Below are positions 30,097-41,234 of a stretch of DNA of 64,000 nt, one piece after another; position 1 is the stretch's first letter, and every line of letters starts with the position of its first letter. This DNA comes from an uncultured delta proteobacterium (GTDB taxonomy: Bacteria > Desulfobacterota > Binatia > UBA9968), in assembly GCA_963745835.1 (NCBI GenBank), contig CAVUZH010000013.1:64001-128000 (forward strand), read 5' to 3'. The notes beneath the pieces are model-generated. The model was not told where the DNA came from and did no database searches. It was given only the letters and a program-made list of their open reading frames with translations. A program made the position numbers and the translations under genes.

Positions 30097-31467
30097 ATGA
30101 CTCAGAACATAAGCGATCTATCTGCCGATGCTGTATTTCAGCTACGGCTACAACAGGCAATATTGGTTGCGCAGCATACCGTCAAGCAAGTGGGTTTATT
30201 ACTCGTCGGATTCGACTGTCCAGACCATTCGACATCCGATCTCATGCGAATGCCAAACTTTTCGGACTCAGTTTGGGGTCGATTGAGGAACACTCTGAGG
30301 GATTCTGATACTGTCGTGTGCCGGGAAAGTGGCGAAATGGCAGTACTGCTTCCCTCTGTAAACAGTCCCGATGACGTCGTTGTAGTCGCCAAAAAACTTC
30401 TCGGCAGTTTACATGAACCTATATCCATACACGGCCTAAAGACCGATATCCGACCGCGGGTGGGAATCTCATTGTTTCCCGAGCACGCGTCCAATGCCGT
30501 CACGTTGATGCAACGCGCGGAAAACGCCTTAGACTTCGGCCGGCGTAATAAAAATAGTTACACTCTGTACTCTCACGTAGGCGGCACTGTTAAACGAAGC
30601 ACTCTGAGCATGGGCCAGCTTAGGCAAGCCATCGTTGCTGATCAACTTTTTTTGCTTTACCAACCTAAAATCAGCTTCAAGGAGCAGTACGTCTCGGGTC
30701 TGGAAGTGCTTACGCGATGGCAACAGCCTGATCTGGGACTCATCTCGCCCGACGAATTCATACCGGTCGCTGAACGTACCGGTCTAATTATTCCACTGAC
30801 CCTCTGGGTTCTGAAGCAGTCGCTCCTTCAATGCCGCACCTGGCGCGAAATCGGAATCGACATCGGCGTTGCTGTAAATCTTTCAATGTGGAATTTAGAT
30901 GCGCAGGAACTGCCCACCCAAATCAGTAGCCTGCTCGAAAATACCGGGATCCCGGCGGATCGTTTAGAACTCGAGATAACTGAGAGCGCGATCATGGGCG
31001 ATCCCCAACGCGCTATTCGGACTCTCTCTCTGATTCGCGATTTAGGCGTTCGATTTGCAATCGATGATTTCGGAACGGGCTACTCCTCACTCGCATATCT
31101 GAAGAAACTTCCCGTTAGTAGTATCAAAATAGATAAGTCATTTGTGCGAAACATGGAGCACGATCGAGATAATGCGATCATTGTCCGATCGATTATCGAT
31201 TTGGGTCACAATCTGGGGCTTAAAGTTGTAGCTGAAGGTGTCGAAACGAAGGAAGCGCAAGATATGCTCCGGAGTTTCGATTGCGATGAAATGCAAGGAT
31301 ACTACTATAGCCGTCCAATACCGGCGGATGCGGTCACTAAATATCTCAAAACACCACCCTCTCAATCTATACAGTCATCAACTGTGGACGATCGGAGTTC
31401 CGCGGGAGCTCCACTATCGATCAAACGGAATGTCATCGACAATCCAAAATCACAACGCCTGCCATAA
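30097..31467 (+). CDS. Degenerate-GGDEF/EAL c-di-GMP phosphodiesterase
   Basis: GGDEF decayed to ESGEM; EVLTRW, VNLS, EITE, DDFGTGYSS, KIDKSF, AEGVE, QGY intact. Confidence 0.9.
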   Translation: MTQNISDLSADAVFQLRLQQAILVAQHTVKQVGLLLVGFDCPDHSTSDLMRMPNFSDSVWGRLRNTLRDSDTVVCRESGEMAVLLPSVNSPDDVVVVAKKLLGSLHEPISIHGLKTDIRPRVGISLFPEHASNAVTLMQRAENALDFGRRNKNSYTLYSHVGGTVKRSTLSMGQLRQAIVADQLFLLYQPKISFKEQYVSGLEVLTRWQQPDLGLISPDEFIPVAERTGLIIPLTLWVLKQSLLQCRTWREIGIDIGVAVNLSMWNLDAQELPTQISSLLENTGIPADRLELEITESAIMGDPQRAIRTLSLIRDLGVRFAIDDFGTGYSSLAYLKKLPVSSIKIDKSFVRNMEHDRDNAIIVRSIIDLGHNLGLKVVAEGVETKEAQDMLRSFDCDEMQGYYYSRPIPADAVTKYLKTPPSQSIQSSTVDDRSSAGAPLSIKRNVIDNPKSQRLP

Positions 31468-31572
31468 TTTTCTAAACTGCTCCTGATATGTGGCAGATCG
31501 CGAATCAAGCCTGACAATTGTGGTAAGCTCCCCTAACCAAATCCGGCCGATTTTGCTCACGATGTTTTAGCT

Positions 31573-32544
31573 TCACTTAGCCGCTTTGCGTTTTTTAAGC
31601 TCGTCCATCAATTGCGGAATGACTTTGAAAACATCGCCGACTACACCGAAATCCGAGTACTGAAATATTGGTGCATCCGCATCTTTATTGATTGAGATGA
31701 TCGTCTTGGAAGTCTTCATTCCGGACAGATGCTGCACGGCTCCGGAAATTCCACAGGCTATGTACAAATCCGGTTTAACTGTTTTGCCTGTTTGGCCGAC
31801 TTGCATGGAGTAAGGCACCCATCCTGCGTCGACTGCAGCTCGGGTCGCACCTACGGCACCATCGAGAAGTTCGGCTAAATCTTTCAAAATCGCAAAATTC
31901 TCCTCACCTTTAAGTCCACGCCCGCCAGAGACTATAATTTTCGCGCCGTCGAGCTGCGGACCCTCGCGTTTGACCGTTACTCGATCCTTCACTCGAAGCT
32001 TACGCAAGTAATCGCCAGACGCAACCGGGACTTGTTCGATAGCGAGCGCTTGCTCATTGATTCTCGGCTCGAACGATTTAGGACGCACCAGGAGAAGTTT
32101 GGTTCCATCATTAGTCAACGTACTGGTATTTTGATAGCTAGCGCCGAGGGCGGGAATTGTGGCTTCCACGCTGCTGCCTTTCAGCTCAAAATCTCCGACA
32201 TCACTGATGGCACCGCAGTCAAATCTGGCGCTCAAACTCGCGACTAAATCACGTCCGCTGTAACTCGACGCAAATAACATCACCGCTGGTTTATATGTGT
32301 CAATCAGTCTGGCAACCGTTTCGACAGCAGGCAGCGTGAGGTAATCACCATAGATCGGATCAGCGCAACGATATATTTTGCTTGCTCCATACTTCGCAAG
32401 TGTTTCGACAGCTTCTTCAGGAGCAGGGCCCAAGAGCACGGCCTCCGCTTTAGCAACGTCCGCTGCTTTGGCAAGCATTTCCAAGCTTGTCGCCGTGATT
32501 CTATCGTCACTTACTTCCGCGTACACCCAAATAACGTCTGCCAC
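31573..32544 (-). CDS. etfA: Electron transfer flavoprotein alpha subunit
   Basis: SGGRG, QVGQTGK, GISGAVQHLSG. Confidence 0.95.
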   Translation of the reverse strand: MADVIWVYAEVSDDRITATSLEMLAKAADVAKAEAVLLGPAPEEAVETLAKYGASKIYRCADPIYGDYLTLPAVETVARLIDTYKPAVMLFASSYSGRDLVASLSARFDCGAISDVGDFELKGSSVEATIPALGASYQNTSTLTNDGTKLLLVRPKSFEPRINEQALAIEQVPVASGDYLRKLRVKDRVTVKREGPQLDGAKIIVSGGRGLKGEENFAILKDLAELLDGAVGATRAAVDAGWVPYSMQVGQTGKTVKPDLYIACGISGAVQHLSGMKTSKTIISINKDADAPIFQYSDFGVVGDVFKVIPQLMDELKKRKAAK

Positions 32545-32545
32545 T

Positions 32546-33325
32546 TTAGATCACCTTGATTTCAGCAAGAAAGTCTGCGATCTGCTTGCCGCCTTCCCCT
32601 TCATCGACGACGACTTTTCCAGCCTGGCGCTTCGGCGGTCGCCCAACAGTCAAAACTTTTTCTCGCGCACCCTTCTCTCCGACTTGATCAGGCGGCAACC
32701 CTAAATCAGCCGCCGTGTAAACCTTTATCTCTTTCTTTTTGGCTGCCATAATCCCTTTGAGTTGCGGGTAGCGTGGTTCATTAATGCCGCTGCTAACCGC
32801 TACAAGAGCCGGCAAACTGGATTCAACCAGATCATAACCGCTCTCACTTTGACGCTTGATGGCGATACGATCGTCGTCAATGAGAATTTCTTTCGCGAAT
32901 GTCATCGGCGGAACTCCCAACAAATAGGCAATTTGACCGGGAACTATGCCAGAATAGCTATCGCTGCTTTCCGTGGCGCAGATAACCAAATCGAACGGTT
33001 GTTTTTTGACAGCCGCAGCAAGAATCTTTGCGGTACCGAGTGTATCCGAACCGGCAACCGCATCATCTAAGATGTGCACTGCCGAAGTCACACCCATGGC
33101 CAAGGCATTACGTATTCCAATGGTGGCATCACTAATGCCCATGGTCACCAGCGTTACTATACCGCCGTGTTTTTCGGTCAAACGAAGGGCTTCCTCAACT
33201 GCACTTGCCGCCGCAGGATCCAACTCGTGCGGCACACCCTTACGCACCATTCGTCTCGTGTTCGGATCAATTTCGATGCTTACCGAGCTGGCCGGAATGA
33301 CCTTACCACAGACAACAATGTTCAA
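32546..33325 (-). CDS. etfB: Electron transfer flavoprotein beta subunit
   Basis: AVEEALRL, GSDTLGTA, INEPRYPQLKGIMAAKKK. Confidence 0.95.
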   Translation of the reverse strand: MNIVVCGKVIPASSVSIEIDPNTRRMVRKGVPHELDPAAASAVEEALRLTEKHGGIVTLVTMGISDATIGIRNALAMGVTSAVHILDDAVAGSDTLGTAKILAAAVKKQPFDLVICATESSDSYSGIVPGQIAYLLGVPPMTFAKEILIDDDRIAIKRQSESGYDLVESSLPALVAVSSGINEPRYPQLKGIMAAKKKEIKVYTAADLGLPPDQVGEKGAREKVLTVGRPPKRQAGKVVVDEGEGGKQIADFLAEIKVI

Positions 33326-33361
33326 TGTTCATGTTCTCCTAAACTATTTGAGCGATGATAG

Positions 33362-33397
33362 ACAAAGGCGCCTAACTGATGGATTAGGCGCCTTTGT
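33362..33397. terminator. 14-bp hairpin between the 63-aa gene and etfB
   Basis: ACAAAGGCGCCTAA-8 nt-TTAGGCGCCTTTGT. Confidence 0.6.
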
Positions 33398-33428
33398 AAC
33401 TTAAATCTGGGTACCCTCAGTTAGGAAG

Positions 33429-33620
33429 TTAAGACACCCACTCCTTCACATTACCCTCAAGGACGACATCCAAAATCTCTTTACAATCCGCGATTGCCTG
33501 ATCGACGATTTTCGGATCGTCTTTGAGATGGGGCATTGCCGTCCCGACCGCTTTTTGAAGGGCCTGGATAAACTCTTTAAATTGCTGATCTAGTGCCTCA
33601 GTATTTGGAGCTTGCTGCAT
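33429..33620 (-). CDS. Small helical hypothetical protein (63 aa)
   Basis: GAGGG RBS; starts 13 nt after the diiron gene; plausible amphipathic helices. Confidence 0.6.
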   Translation of the reverse strand: MQQAPNTEALDQQFKEFIQALQKAVGTAMPHLKDDPKIVDQAIADCKEILDVVLEGNVKEWVS

Positions 33621-33633
33621 ATTTCCCTCTAGC

Positions 33634-34356
33634 CTACGTGTAAAGACGTCCCTTATTAGGATCCGGGATGGTTAGATTCATCTTAGTAAGAAGACCGTCC
33701 ACCTCGTCCTTATATTGCTGACGGGCTACCGCATTCGGCCGCCTCTTCAACCCCCACTGCATGTAACGCTCAGATCGATAGGACTTGCTGTTACCAAACA
33801 TATCCAGTCCTTTGACGTACCAGTAGTCCACCGCTTTCTGAATTCGTTCTTTCGCTTCCCCGCCTTTGGCCGCGTACTCAGCAGTTTTATTTGTCCCGAA
33901 ATCTATGTGTCCCTCTTCTTCACGAATTACATCTGGATCCTCAACAATCCGCGCCAGCGGTAAATAGGTGCATCCGATAAACTCCTCAAGTTGAAAACGA
34001 CCAACTCGATCAATCAAAAATCCGAACACAGCATAATCTTCCCACGTATCAATGGAACCCCGAAACGCCTCGACATATCGCTCCTGGTTGGAACGGCTCA
34101 AAACGTACGATACGTCGAGCCCAATATCCCCCGCTAGCCGGGCCATCTTTCTGTAGTGATCCATCTCCTCAGCGGCCGTGCGCGCGACAATAAGCTGATC
34201 CAGTTTGGTTGGAGCTGACGGTAAAATATTCCTAACGTAAAGATTCGGGCCACCAATCTCACAGTCGGCCTGAATCGCAAGGACCCGTTTAAGTAAGTCC
34301 TGATACTCCGGATCTTGTTTCTCAAAATCTTCGAGATCAACCTTGTCTGTAAACAT
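33634..34356 (-). CDS. PaaA/PaaC/BoxB-like ferritin-fold diiron protein
   Basis: ADCE, AAEEMDH, IDRVG, EEEGH, LDMFG, WGLK motifs; GGAGG RBS. Confidence 0.8.
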   Translation of the reverse strand: MFTDKVDLEDFEKQDPEYQDLLKRVLAIQADCEIGGPNLYVRNILPSAPTKLDQLIVARTAAEEMDHYRKMARLAGDIGLDVSYVLSRSNQERYVEAFRGSIDTWEDYAVFGFLIDRVGRFQLEEFIGCTYLPLARIVEDPDVIREEEGHIDFGTNKTAEYAAKGGEAKERIQKAVDYWYVKGLDMFGNSKSYRSERYMQWGLKRRPNAVARQQYKDEVDGLLTKMNLTIPDPNKGRLYT

Positions 34357-34443
34357 GCTACGGGGCCTCCTGTGACTCGCTAATTATGCGCAATTATTAT
34401 AAAAATCATTAACAAAACAGTCCGAACAAATCAATAAGCGGCG

Positions 34444-35856
34444 ATGCTTCAGACGCAAAATCCGGCTGTTTCGACGTCTGGGAATCAGTCAGCAGGAGAA
34501 CGACTTATGGTGTCCCATGAATCACTGGCGCTATTGACGGATCTCTACCAATTGACGATGGCGCAAGCTTATTTCAACGATCACAAAACGGAGCGAGCTA
34601 CTTTCAGTCTTTTTATCCGATCTTATCCGCTAAACAGAGGGTTTTTCATTTCTGCAGGCCTGCATGACGTTCTCAAATTTTTAGAGAACTTTGCACTGGA
34701 CGAGCCAGCCCTAAATTATCTCTCAATGCAGAATCTCTTTACGCATGACTTTTTGAAGTTCTTGGAGAAATTACGTTTCACCGGAGACGTTTGGGCGCTG
34801 CCGGAAGGCCAGTTGTTCTTCAAAGACGAACCCATTTTGGAAGTCACTGCCCCTATCATTGAAGCTCAGTTGGTCGAGACGTTTATCATCAACCAAATCA
34901 ACCTACAGTCGCTCATTGCCACGAAGGCGGCTAGGTGTGTTCATGCCGCAGGCAAGCGGGCCGTTGTGGATTTCGCTTTACGCCGAACCCATGGAATCGA
35001 TGCCGGGATGAAAGTCGCCCGATCGAGTTATCTTGCCGGCTTCGCCGGCACCAGCAATGTGTTGGCAGGCAAGAGATATGAAATACCGACCACGGGAACA
35101 ATGGCCCACTCTTTCGTCAGCAGCTTCGTAGATGAAATAGATGCCTTTCGGAGTTATGCGGCAAGCTTTCCCGAAACCGCAACTCTATTGATCGATACCT
35201 ACGACACAATTGCCGGCGCGCGCAAAGCGGCCGAAGTAGCCAAAGAGATGGCTGCCCGTGGTCAGCGCCTGAAAGGCGTCCGTATAGATAGCGGCGATCT
35301 TGCAGAGCTGGCAATCAAGGTGCGTAAAATTCTTGACGACGCTGGATTTCCGGACATTAAAATTATCGGAAGCGGCGGCTTAGATGAATACGATCTCACC
35401 GAGCTCTCCGGAGCGCAAATTCCTTTCGACAGCTACGGCGTGGGAACCAAGATGGGCACCTCGAGCGATGCGCCATGGTCAGATATGGCCTACAAACTTG
35501 TTGAATATGGCGACAAGCCGGTTTTAAAGAGAAGCCCCGGTAAGATTTCCTGGCCGGGCGCTAAACAACTATTTCGGCAAAGAAACGATCAAGGACAATT
35601 AGAACAGGACATCATTGGATTGCGCGATGAACGTATCGCCGGCACGGAAACGCTGCTGGGAAAAGTGATGGAAGGCGGCAAGATAGTTGGAACCCTCCCT
35701 ACATTAGCCCAGAGCCGAGCCGGTTTAGCTAAAGAGCTCGGGCATCTTTCCGATTTGACAAAGGCAATCCGCAACCCAGTTCTTTATCCGGTCGAGTTCA
35801 GTCCTGCACTCGTCCGGTTGCGTGAAGAGACTGAGCGAAAGCTAATTAAGCTTTAA
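34444..35856 (+). CDS. pncB: Nicotinate phosphoribosyltransferase (start may be 34507)
   Basis: LLTDLYQLTM, DFALRR, GTMAHS, LIDTYD, VRIDSGD. Confidence 0.95.
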   Translation: MLQTQNPAVSTSGNQSAGERLMVSHESLALLTDLYQLTMAQAYFNDHKTERATFSLFIRSYPLNRGFFISAGLHDVLKFLENFALDEPALNYLSMQNLFTHDFLKFLEKLRFTGDVWALPEGQLFFKDEPILEVTAPIIEAQLVETFIINQINLQSLIATKAARCVHAAGKRAVVDFALRRTHGIDAGMKVARSSYLAGFAGTSNVLAGKRYEIPTTGTMAHSFVSSFVDEIDAFRSYAASFPETATLLIDTYDTIAGARKAAEVAKEMAARGQRLKGVRIDSGDLAELAIKVRKILDDAGFPDIKIIGSGGLDEYDLTELSGAQIPFDSYGVGTKMGTSSDAPWSDMAYKLVEYGDKPVLKRSPGKISWPGAKQLFRQRNDQGQLEQDIIGLRDERIAGTETLLGKVMEGGKIVGTLPTLAQSRAGLAKELGHLSDLTKAIRNPVLYPVEFSPALVRLREETERKLIKL

Positions 35857-36012
35857 CCGTGTCAGACCCTTTACTAGCTTCGGAAAAGTCAGATTTCGTC
35901 TGGAGACTCAGCTCCAATTAAACGATCGGAGGTGTAAATAGTTAATGGTTGTGTAGATGAAACGGGAGCGGTTAATTGAGCCGGTGGAAATTGTTAGAAG
36001 ATGTTTAACGAG

Positions 36013-37005
36013 TCAAAACTTTATCACCGCTGCGCCCCAGGCAAATCCCGCACCAAATCCATTGAGCAAAACGACATTGCCCTTCTGAATCCGGCCCTGA
36101 CGCTTGGCTTCATCCAGGGCTACTGGAATAGATGCTGCAGACGTATTCCCGTATTTTTCGAGATTGACCATGACTTTGTCCATCGAAATACCCAGCCTGT
36201 CGGCGAGTGCAACGATGATACGACGATTGGCCTGATGTGGAATCACCAGTGAGACTTCATCGATGCCGACACCCGCCTCTTCCAGTGCTTCGCGGCTGAT
36301 ATCTTCCATTGAACGCACCGCAATCTTAAATACCTCTTTCCCGTTCATAGTGATGGTATGCTCGTTTCTCTCTACAGTCTTGCAGTTGGCTGGTTTAAGA
36401 GAGCCTCCCGCCGGGACATAAAGAGTTTTCGCGTACGAGCCATCGGTGCGCAATTTGGTGCTTAAAATACCGTTGCCGTTCTCCGAGGCGCCGAGTACCA
36501 CGGCACCCGCCCCATCGCCAAACAGTATACAGGTTGTGCGATCCTGCCAATTCAGCAGCCGGCTTAGAGCATCAGAACCGACGACGAGAGCGTTACGGAT
36601 TTTACCGAGCCGGATAAAAGAATCCGCTACCGATAACGCGTTGAGAAATCCCGAGCAGGCAGCGCCGACATCGAAGGAGAAAACTCCTCTGGCCCCAAGC
36701 ATATCTTCAAGCACGCAAGCCGAACTTGGGAACGGATAATCCGCAGTGACCGTTCCCATAATGATCGCGTCCAAATCACCAGCGTCCAAACTCGCATCAT
36801 CGAGTGCTCTCGTTGCAGCATGGAACGCCATGTCCGCATTACCCTTACCCTCTTCAAGAATTCGGCGCTCTTTTATCCCAGTGCGGACCGTGATCCATTC
36901 GTCACTGGTCTCGACCATCTTCTCAAGGTCATGGTTTGTAATGACCTTGGACGGCAGTTCAGAACCCGTTCCGAGAATCACGCTGCGCCGCTGCCCTCCA
37001 CTCAT
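36013..37005 (-). CDS. fabH: Beta-ketoacyl-ACP synthase III
   Basis: [27 protein letters not shown]. Start overlaps the fabF stop. Confidence 0.95.
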   Translation of the reverse strand: MSGGQRRSVILGTGSELPSKVITNHDLEKMVETSDEWITVRTGIKERRILEEGKGNADMAFHAATRALDDASLDAGDLDAIIMGTVTADYPFPSSACVLEDMLGARGVFSFDVGAACSGFLNALSVADSFIRLGKIRNALVVGSDALSRLLNWQDRTTCILFGDGAGAVVLGASENGNGILSTKLRTDGSYAKTLYVPAGGSLKPANCKTVERNEHTITMNGKEVFKIAVRSMEDISREALEEAGVGIDEVSLVIPHQANRRIIVALADRLGISMDKVMVNLEKYGNTSAASIPVALDEAKRQGRIQKGNVVLLNGFGAGFAWGAAVIKF

Positions 37006-38255
37006 TCCGCCCTCCTCAATATGACACACGCATTCGTTCCACCGAAACCGAACGAGTTCGAGAGTACGACCTTGAGATCCGCCTTACGGGCTTCGTTGGG
37101 CACGTAATCCAGATCGCACTGTGGATCAGGATTATCATAGTTGATCGTCGGCGGAATCAGACCGTGATGCAGGGAGAGCGCTGAGAACACGCCTTCAACA
37201 GCGCCGGCCGCACCGAGTAAATGACCGGTCATAGATTTAGTGGAACTCACTGCTAGTTTGGCCGCCTGTTCGCCGAATACCTTTTTGATCGCCATTGTTT
37301 CGTTGGCATCGTTGTATTCTGTGGACGTCCCATGTGCGTTGATATAATCGACGTCGGTGGGCGCGAGCCCGGCATCTTTTAATGCCAGCCTCATACAGCG
37401 AGCCGCGCCTTCGCCCTCCGGTGCCGGCGCAGTCATGTGGTGCGCATCGCCGTTTGCCGCATAGCCAACCACTTCGGCGTAAATCTTCGCGCCTCGTTGG
37501 AGAGCTCTCTCTCTTTCTTCCAGAATGAGAACACCGGAGCCTTCGGCAATCACGAATCCGTCGCGATCTCGGTCAAAGGGACGGCTGGCGCGTTCTGGCT
37601 CATCATTGCGGGTCGAGAGCGCCTTCATGGCGGCGAAGCCGCCGACGGCCAGCGGAGTAATAGCCGACTCAGCACCCCCGGTAATCACCGCATCCTGTAA
37701 GCCGCGCCGGATCAAGTGATAAGCCTCGCCAATGGCATGTGTACCGGACGCGCATGCAGACGTGGGTGTTAAGTTGATTCCCTTGGCACCATGACGGATC
37801 GCGATCTGACCGGGAGCCAAGTTAGATATCACTTTCGGGATGAAAAAGGGAGATATTTTTCTCGGCCCGCCCTGCAATATCGCCTCCTTCGTGGTCTCGA
37901 TGGTATCAATGCCGCAAAGGCCAACACCAATGATAACACCCACCTGCTCAGCCAACTCAGTATCGATTTTTAAGCCGCTATCGGTCATCGCCATCACTGC
38001 CGCCGCGACCGCATACTGGATAAAAAGATCCATCTTCTTGATCTCTTTAGGCTCGATGAAATCTGTAGGAGAAAAGTCCGGCACTTCCCCGGCGATCTGT
38101 GAGGGATAAGCTTCAAGGTTGGAAAATCGGCTGATTCGTCTGATCCCGGAGCGCCCGGCGATCAAAGCATCCCAATTCTTTTCAACGCCAGTCCCCAACG
38201 GGGTAACCAAGCCGATGCCTGTTACGACAACCCTGCGTTGTTCAGGTGTATTCAC
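37002..38255 (-). CDS. fabF: Beta-ketoacyl-ACP synthase II
   Basis: [29 protein letters not shown]. Confidence 0.95.
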   Translation of the reverse strand: MNTPEQRRVVVTGIGLVTPLGTGVEKNWDALIAGRSGIRRISRFSNLEAYPSQIAGEVPDFSPTDFIEPKEIKKMDLFIQYAVAAAVMAMTDSGLKIDTELAEQVGVIIGVGLCGIDTIETTKEAILQGGPRKISPFFIPKVISNLAPGQIAIRHGAKGINLTPTSACASGTHAIGEAYHLIRRGLQDAVITGGAESAITPLAVGGFAAMKALSTRNDEPERASRPFDRDRDGFVIAEGSGVLILEERERALQRGAKIYAEVVGYAANGDAHHMTAPAPEGEGAARCMRLALKDAGLAPTDVDYINAHGTSTEYNDANETMAIKKVFGEQAAKLAVSSTKSMTGHLLGAAGAVEGVFSALSLHHGLIPPTINYDNPDPQCDLDYVPNEARKADLKVVLSNSFGFGGTNACVILRRAE

Positions 38256-38334
38256 ATTCTTACCGACCCTTTAGAAAATTTAAACCTTAACTTGAACGCT
38301 AAAATAGATGACTCCAAGTGGAGGGTCAATACTT

Positions 38335-39360
38335 TCAGTGAAATTGATCGTGCGTCCGCAAAACTGCACGAATGAGAGGATCTATTTTCTCGCCGCCAAC
38401 ATCGGACGGAAACTTGTCGCCGCCAGATTGTTGGAGCCTTTCCAGAACACCGGCAACGGACGACCTAAGGGCGGTGAGATCATAGCCGCCTTCGAGCAAG
38501 AACGCTATTTTACCGCCGCAGTAAACTTCCGCTAGCTGCAGCATCGCTCGGGCCATCTGCGAGAATCCAGCTTCGGTCACATTCATTCCTGCCAATGGAT
38601 CCTGACGATGCGGATCAAATCCGGCCGATACTAAAATCCACTGCGGTCCGAAACGTTCGAGAGCCGGGATAACGACGTCTCTAAAGACTCGCAAGTACTC
38701 CGCATCGCCGCAGCCGGCCGGGAGCGGAACGTTGATCGTAAAACCGGCGCCCTCTTTCACTCCCACTTCTGCGACTCCCCCCGTGCCGGGGTAGAAAGGA
38801 TATTGATGGGCTGAGACAAACAGAACCGAGGGATCATTGTAGAACGCCTCTTGGGTGCCATTGCCGTGGTGCACATCCCAATCAACGATGGCAATACGCT
38901 TTGCCCCATGGGCAGTCTTCAGATACTGCGCACCAACAGCAATGGTATTAAAAAGGCAGAAGCCCATAGCTCTGTTTCTGAGCGCATGATGTCCCGGCGG
39001 CCGTATCATGGCAAAAGCGTTGGACGATTCGCCGGCAGCAACGGAGTCCAACACTTTCAGAAAACCTCCTGTCGCAAGCAAAGCGACAGCGAAAGAATCC
39101 TGACTAGTGATAGTGTCTCCATCCAAAGCATACTGGCTCAGGCCCGCGGTCGATTCCACCAACTGGACATATTTCGGATCGTGACAAAGCTCGATTTCCG
39201 ATCGCGAGGCAGCCCTGGCCGGCATCAGCTGAAAACGAGCGGGATCTAGGGTCTCGGCCAGGTCTAGCAAAACCCGCAACCGCTCGGGTCGCTCAGGATG
39301 ACCCCGACCTGGCATGTGCTTGAGAAACTCTCGATCTATCAAGATCGCGGAACGTTTCAT
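38335..39360 (-). CDS. Zn-dependent histone deacetylase family protein
   Basis: HPERPER, RPPGHH, GFCLFN, DWDVHHGNGTQ, SAGFD, LEGGY. Confidence 0.93.
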   Translation of the reverse strand: MKRSAILIDREFLKHMPGRGHPERPERLRVLLDLAETLDPARFQLMPARAASRSEIELCHDPKYVQLVESTAGLSQYALDGDTITSQDSFAVALLATGGFLKVLDSVAAGESSNAFAMIRPPGHHALRNRAMGFCLFNTIAVGAQYLKTAHGAKRIAIVDWDVHHGNGTQEAFYNDPSVLFVSAHQYPFYPGTGGVAEVGVKEGAGFTINVPLPAGCGDAEYLRVFRDVVIPALERFGPQWILVSAGFDPHRQDPLAGMNVTEAGFSQMARAMLQLAEVYCGGKIAFLLEGGYDLTALRSSVAGVLERLQQSGGDKFPSDVGGEKIDPLIRAVLRTHDQFH

Positions 39361-39524
39361 TACATTAAACTAGCATTCGGTGCTCCCGGTCACAACGTTG
39401 TGAGCCGCGCCAAGCGACAGCAGTCGGGTGGAGTAATCCGCCGCTGGCAGGACTCGGTGTCGAGACATTTAGCTTGGTTGCCAACTGATAGAAAATCGCA
39501 TAGCTTGACGCTGGAGGACGTAGC

Positions 39525-39800
39525 ATGTTTGGTATTGGGATGCCGGAGCTATTGCTGATTTTAGCTTTGGCGCTGATCGTCTTAGGTCCCAAGAAACTGC
39601 CTGAGCTCGCCCGGGCGCTCGGCAAGGGCATGGCCGAGTTTCGAAGGGCTACTGATGATCTCAAAGACGAATTTCGTCAATTGGAAAATGAACCACCCGA
39701 ATCTCCGGTTAAGGCGACTCAAAAAGACGATTCGTTGCTAACCAAGCAAGCTGATGCCTCGGCCGCTTCCCCCGCGGCTGATAAACAACCACGTGAGTAA
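39525..39800 (+). CDS. tatB: Twin-arginine translocase TatA/TatB subunit
   Basis: [12 protein letters not shown]...[10 protein letters not shown]; adjacent to tatC. Confidence 0.8.
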   Translation: MFGIGMPELLLILALALIVLGPKKLPELARALGKGMAEFRRATDDLKDEFRQLENEPPESPVKATQKDDSLLTKQADASAASPAADKQPRE

Positions 39801-40548
39801 CGAGCCCGTTAAAAGGCATTTGGACAACGTCCAGATGCCTTTTAGCTCTCATTTAGATGAACTCCGCACCAGACTGATTCGCTCCGTCCTTGCCGTCGCT
39901 ATCGCGTTCATCTTCTGCTTCTATTTCGCTGACCAGATCTTTTTTGCTCTGGCGGAACCACTCCGGCGGTTGCCAATACCGGATCTGACTCTGATCGGCA
40001 CGGCCGTGACCGAGGCCTTCTTCACGAAAATGAAGATTTCGTTCTTTGCCGCGCTGATCGTCGCGCTGCCGGTGCTGTTGTGGCAAGGGTGGCAATTCGT
40101 CGGACCGGGACTATACGAACATGAGAAGCGTTATACCCGCAGCTTTGTGCTTTTTGGCTCGTTTTTTTTTCTCGCAGGCGTGGCTTTTTGCTACGGCATC
40201 GTTCTCCAGAAGGGTCTCGCTTTCCTGTTAAAGCGCTATCAGGTGCTGCAGATCCAGCCGGCGATTCAAATCGGTGACTATCTTTCCATGGTTGCCAGGC
40301 TGGAATTGGCATTTGGAGTAATGTTTCAATTGCCGGTGCTCAGTTTCTTTCTGGCTCGTGTGGGTTTGGTGGATCATCGGCTATTGATTCACTATCTTGG
40401 CTACGCAGTCATCGGCATGGCCATCATCTCGGCCGTGCTAACCCCGCCTGATCTGATTTCGCAGATCTTGTTGATGGTACCTTTGAGCTTGCTGTACGGC
40501 GTGAGCATAGGTGTGGCATACGTCGCAAGGCCGAGAAAGACCCGGTAA
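39793..40548 (+). CDS. tatC: Twin-arginine translocase TatC
   Basis: [29 protein letters not shown] start overlaps tatB. Confidence 0.95.
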   Translation: MSNEPVKRHLDNVQMPFSSHLDELRTRLIRSVLAVAIAFIFCFYFADQIFFALAEPLRRLPIPDLTLIGTAVTEAFFTKMKISFFAALIVALPVLLWQGWQFVGPGLYEHEKRYTRSFVLFGSFFFLAGVAFCYGIVLQKGLAFLLKRYQVLQIQPAIQIGDYLSMVARLELAFGVMFQLPVLSFFLARVGLVDHRLLIHYLGYAVIGMAIISAVLTPPDLISQILLMVPLSLLYGVSIGVAYVARPRKTR

Positions 40549-40612
40549 TCCGTACAGACCTAACCGCGTGGACGCCGTGCTGCGGCGAGTCGATTAATTT
40601 TTAAAATCAATT

Positions 40613-41164
40613 TTAGTTGTCGTCGTTTACGAAAGCGCAGGCAGCGAACACGGTGGTCCAAAGACCATCTTTATTACCGATGGCGGATTGCGTGATATTG
40701 GACGTACGAACGATTTTGCCGGACATTTTGAAGAGGTTTTCCCTCTCATCCCAAGCGGTGTCAGGATCGAACTCAATACCCAGCGTTGTCGCAAGCATGC
40801 TGGCGGCTAGATCTTCGGCATAATCGCCGGCTTTCTCTTCGGTTTCTCCGAATGAATGGTGCTCCGAAAGATAACCATGCTGCTCTTGGTCCGCTGGAAT
40901 AGCGACACCGACGGAGGCAGCAACCAAGCGGTTCGGTTCGTTTGTACTCTCACGGTCATAGACGCAGAAAACGATTTCGCCCGGGCGTAACAGTTTAACA
41001 CCCTCTTCTTTGGAAATGCGTTTGCAAAAAGGCGGATAGATGCTCGAGACCAGAACTAAGTTGCAGTAGGCTAGTCCTGCTGATCGCAACGCCAGCTCAA
41101 AAGACGCCAACTTCTCCTTATGGACGCCAACACCTTTTGTGAAAAAACATTTTTTCGGAATCAT
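40613..41164 (-). CDS. Pyruvoyl-dependent arginine decarboxylase
   Basis: [18 protein letters not shown] self-cleavage site, GYLSEHH. Confidence 0.92.
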   Translation of the reverse strand: MIPKKCFFTKGVGVHKEKLASFELALRSAGLAYCNLVLVSSIYPPFCKRISKEEGVKLLRPGEIVFCVYDRESTNEPNRLVAASVGVAIPADQEQHGYLSEHHSFGETEEKAGDYAEDLAASMLATTLGIEFDPDTAWDERENLFKMSGKIVRTSNITQSAIGNKDGLWTTVFAACAFVNDDN

Positions 41165-41234
41165 TGTCCGGTGTCTATAACATTAAAGAAATTTGCTGAC
41201 AACTTCGCATTTAGAATTTCTTCCGCTCAGGATA

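Noticed and set aside
40613-41164. Archaeal/chlamydial-type pyruvoyl arginine decarboxylase as a novelty
   Set aside because: The family is already known in many bacteria; nothing unusual here.
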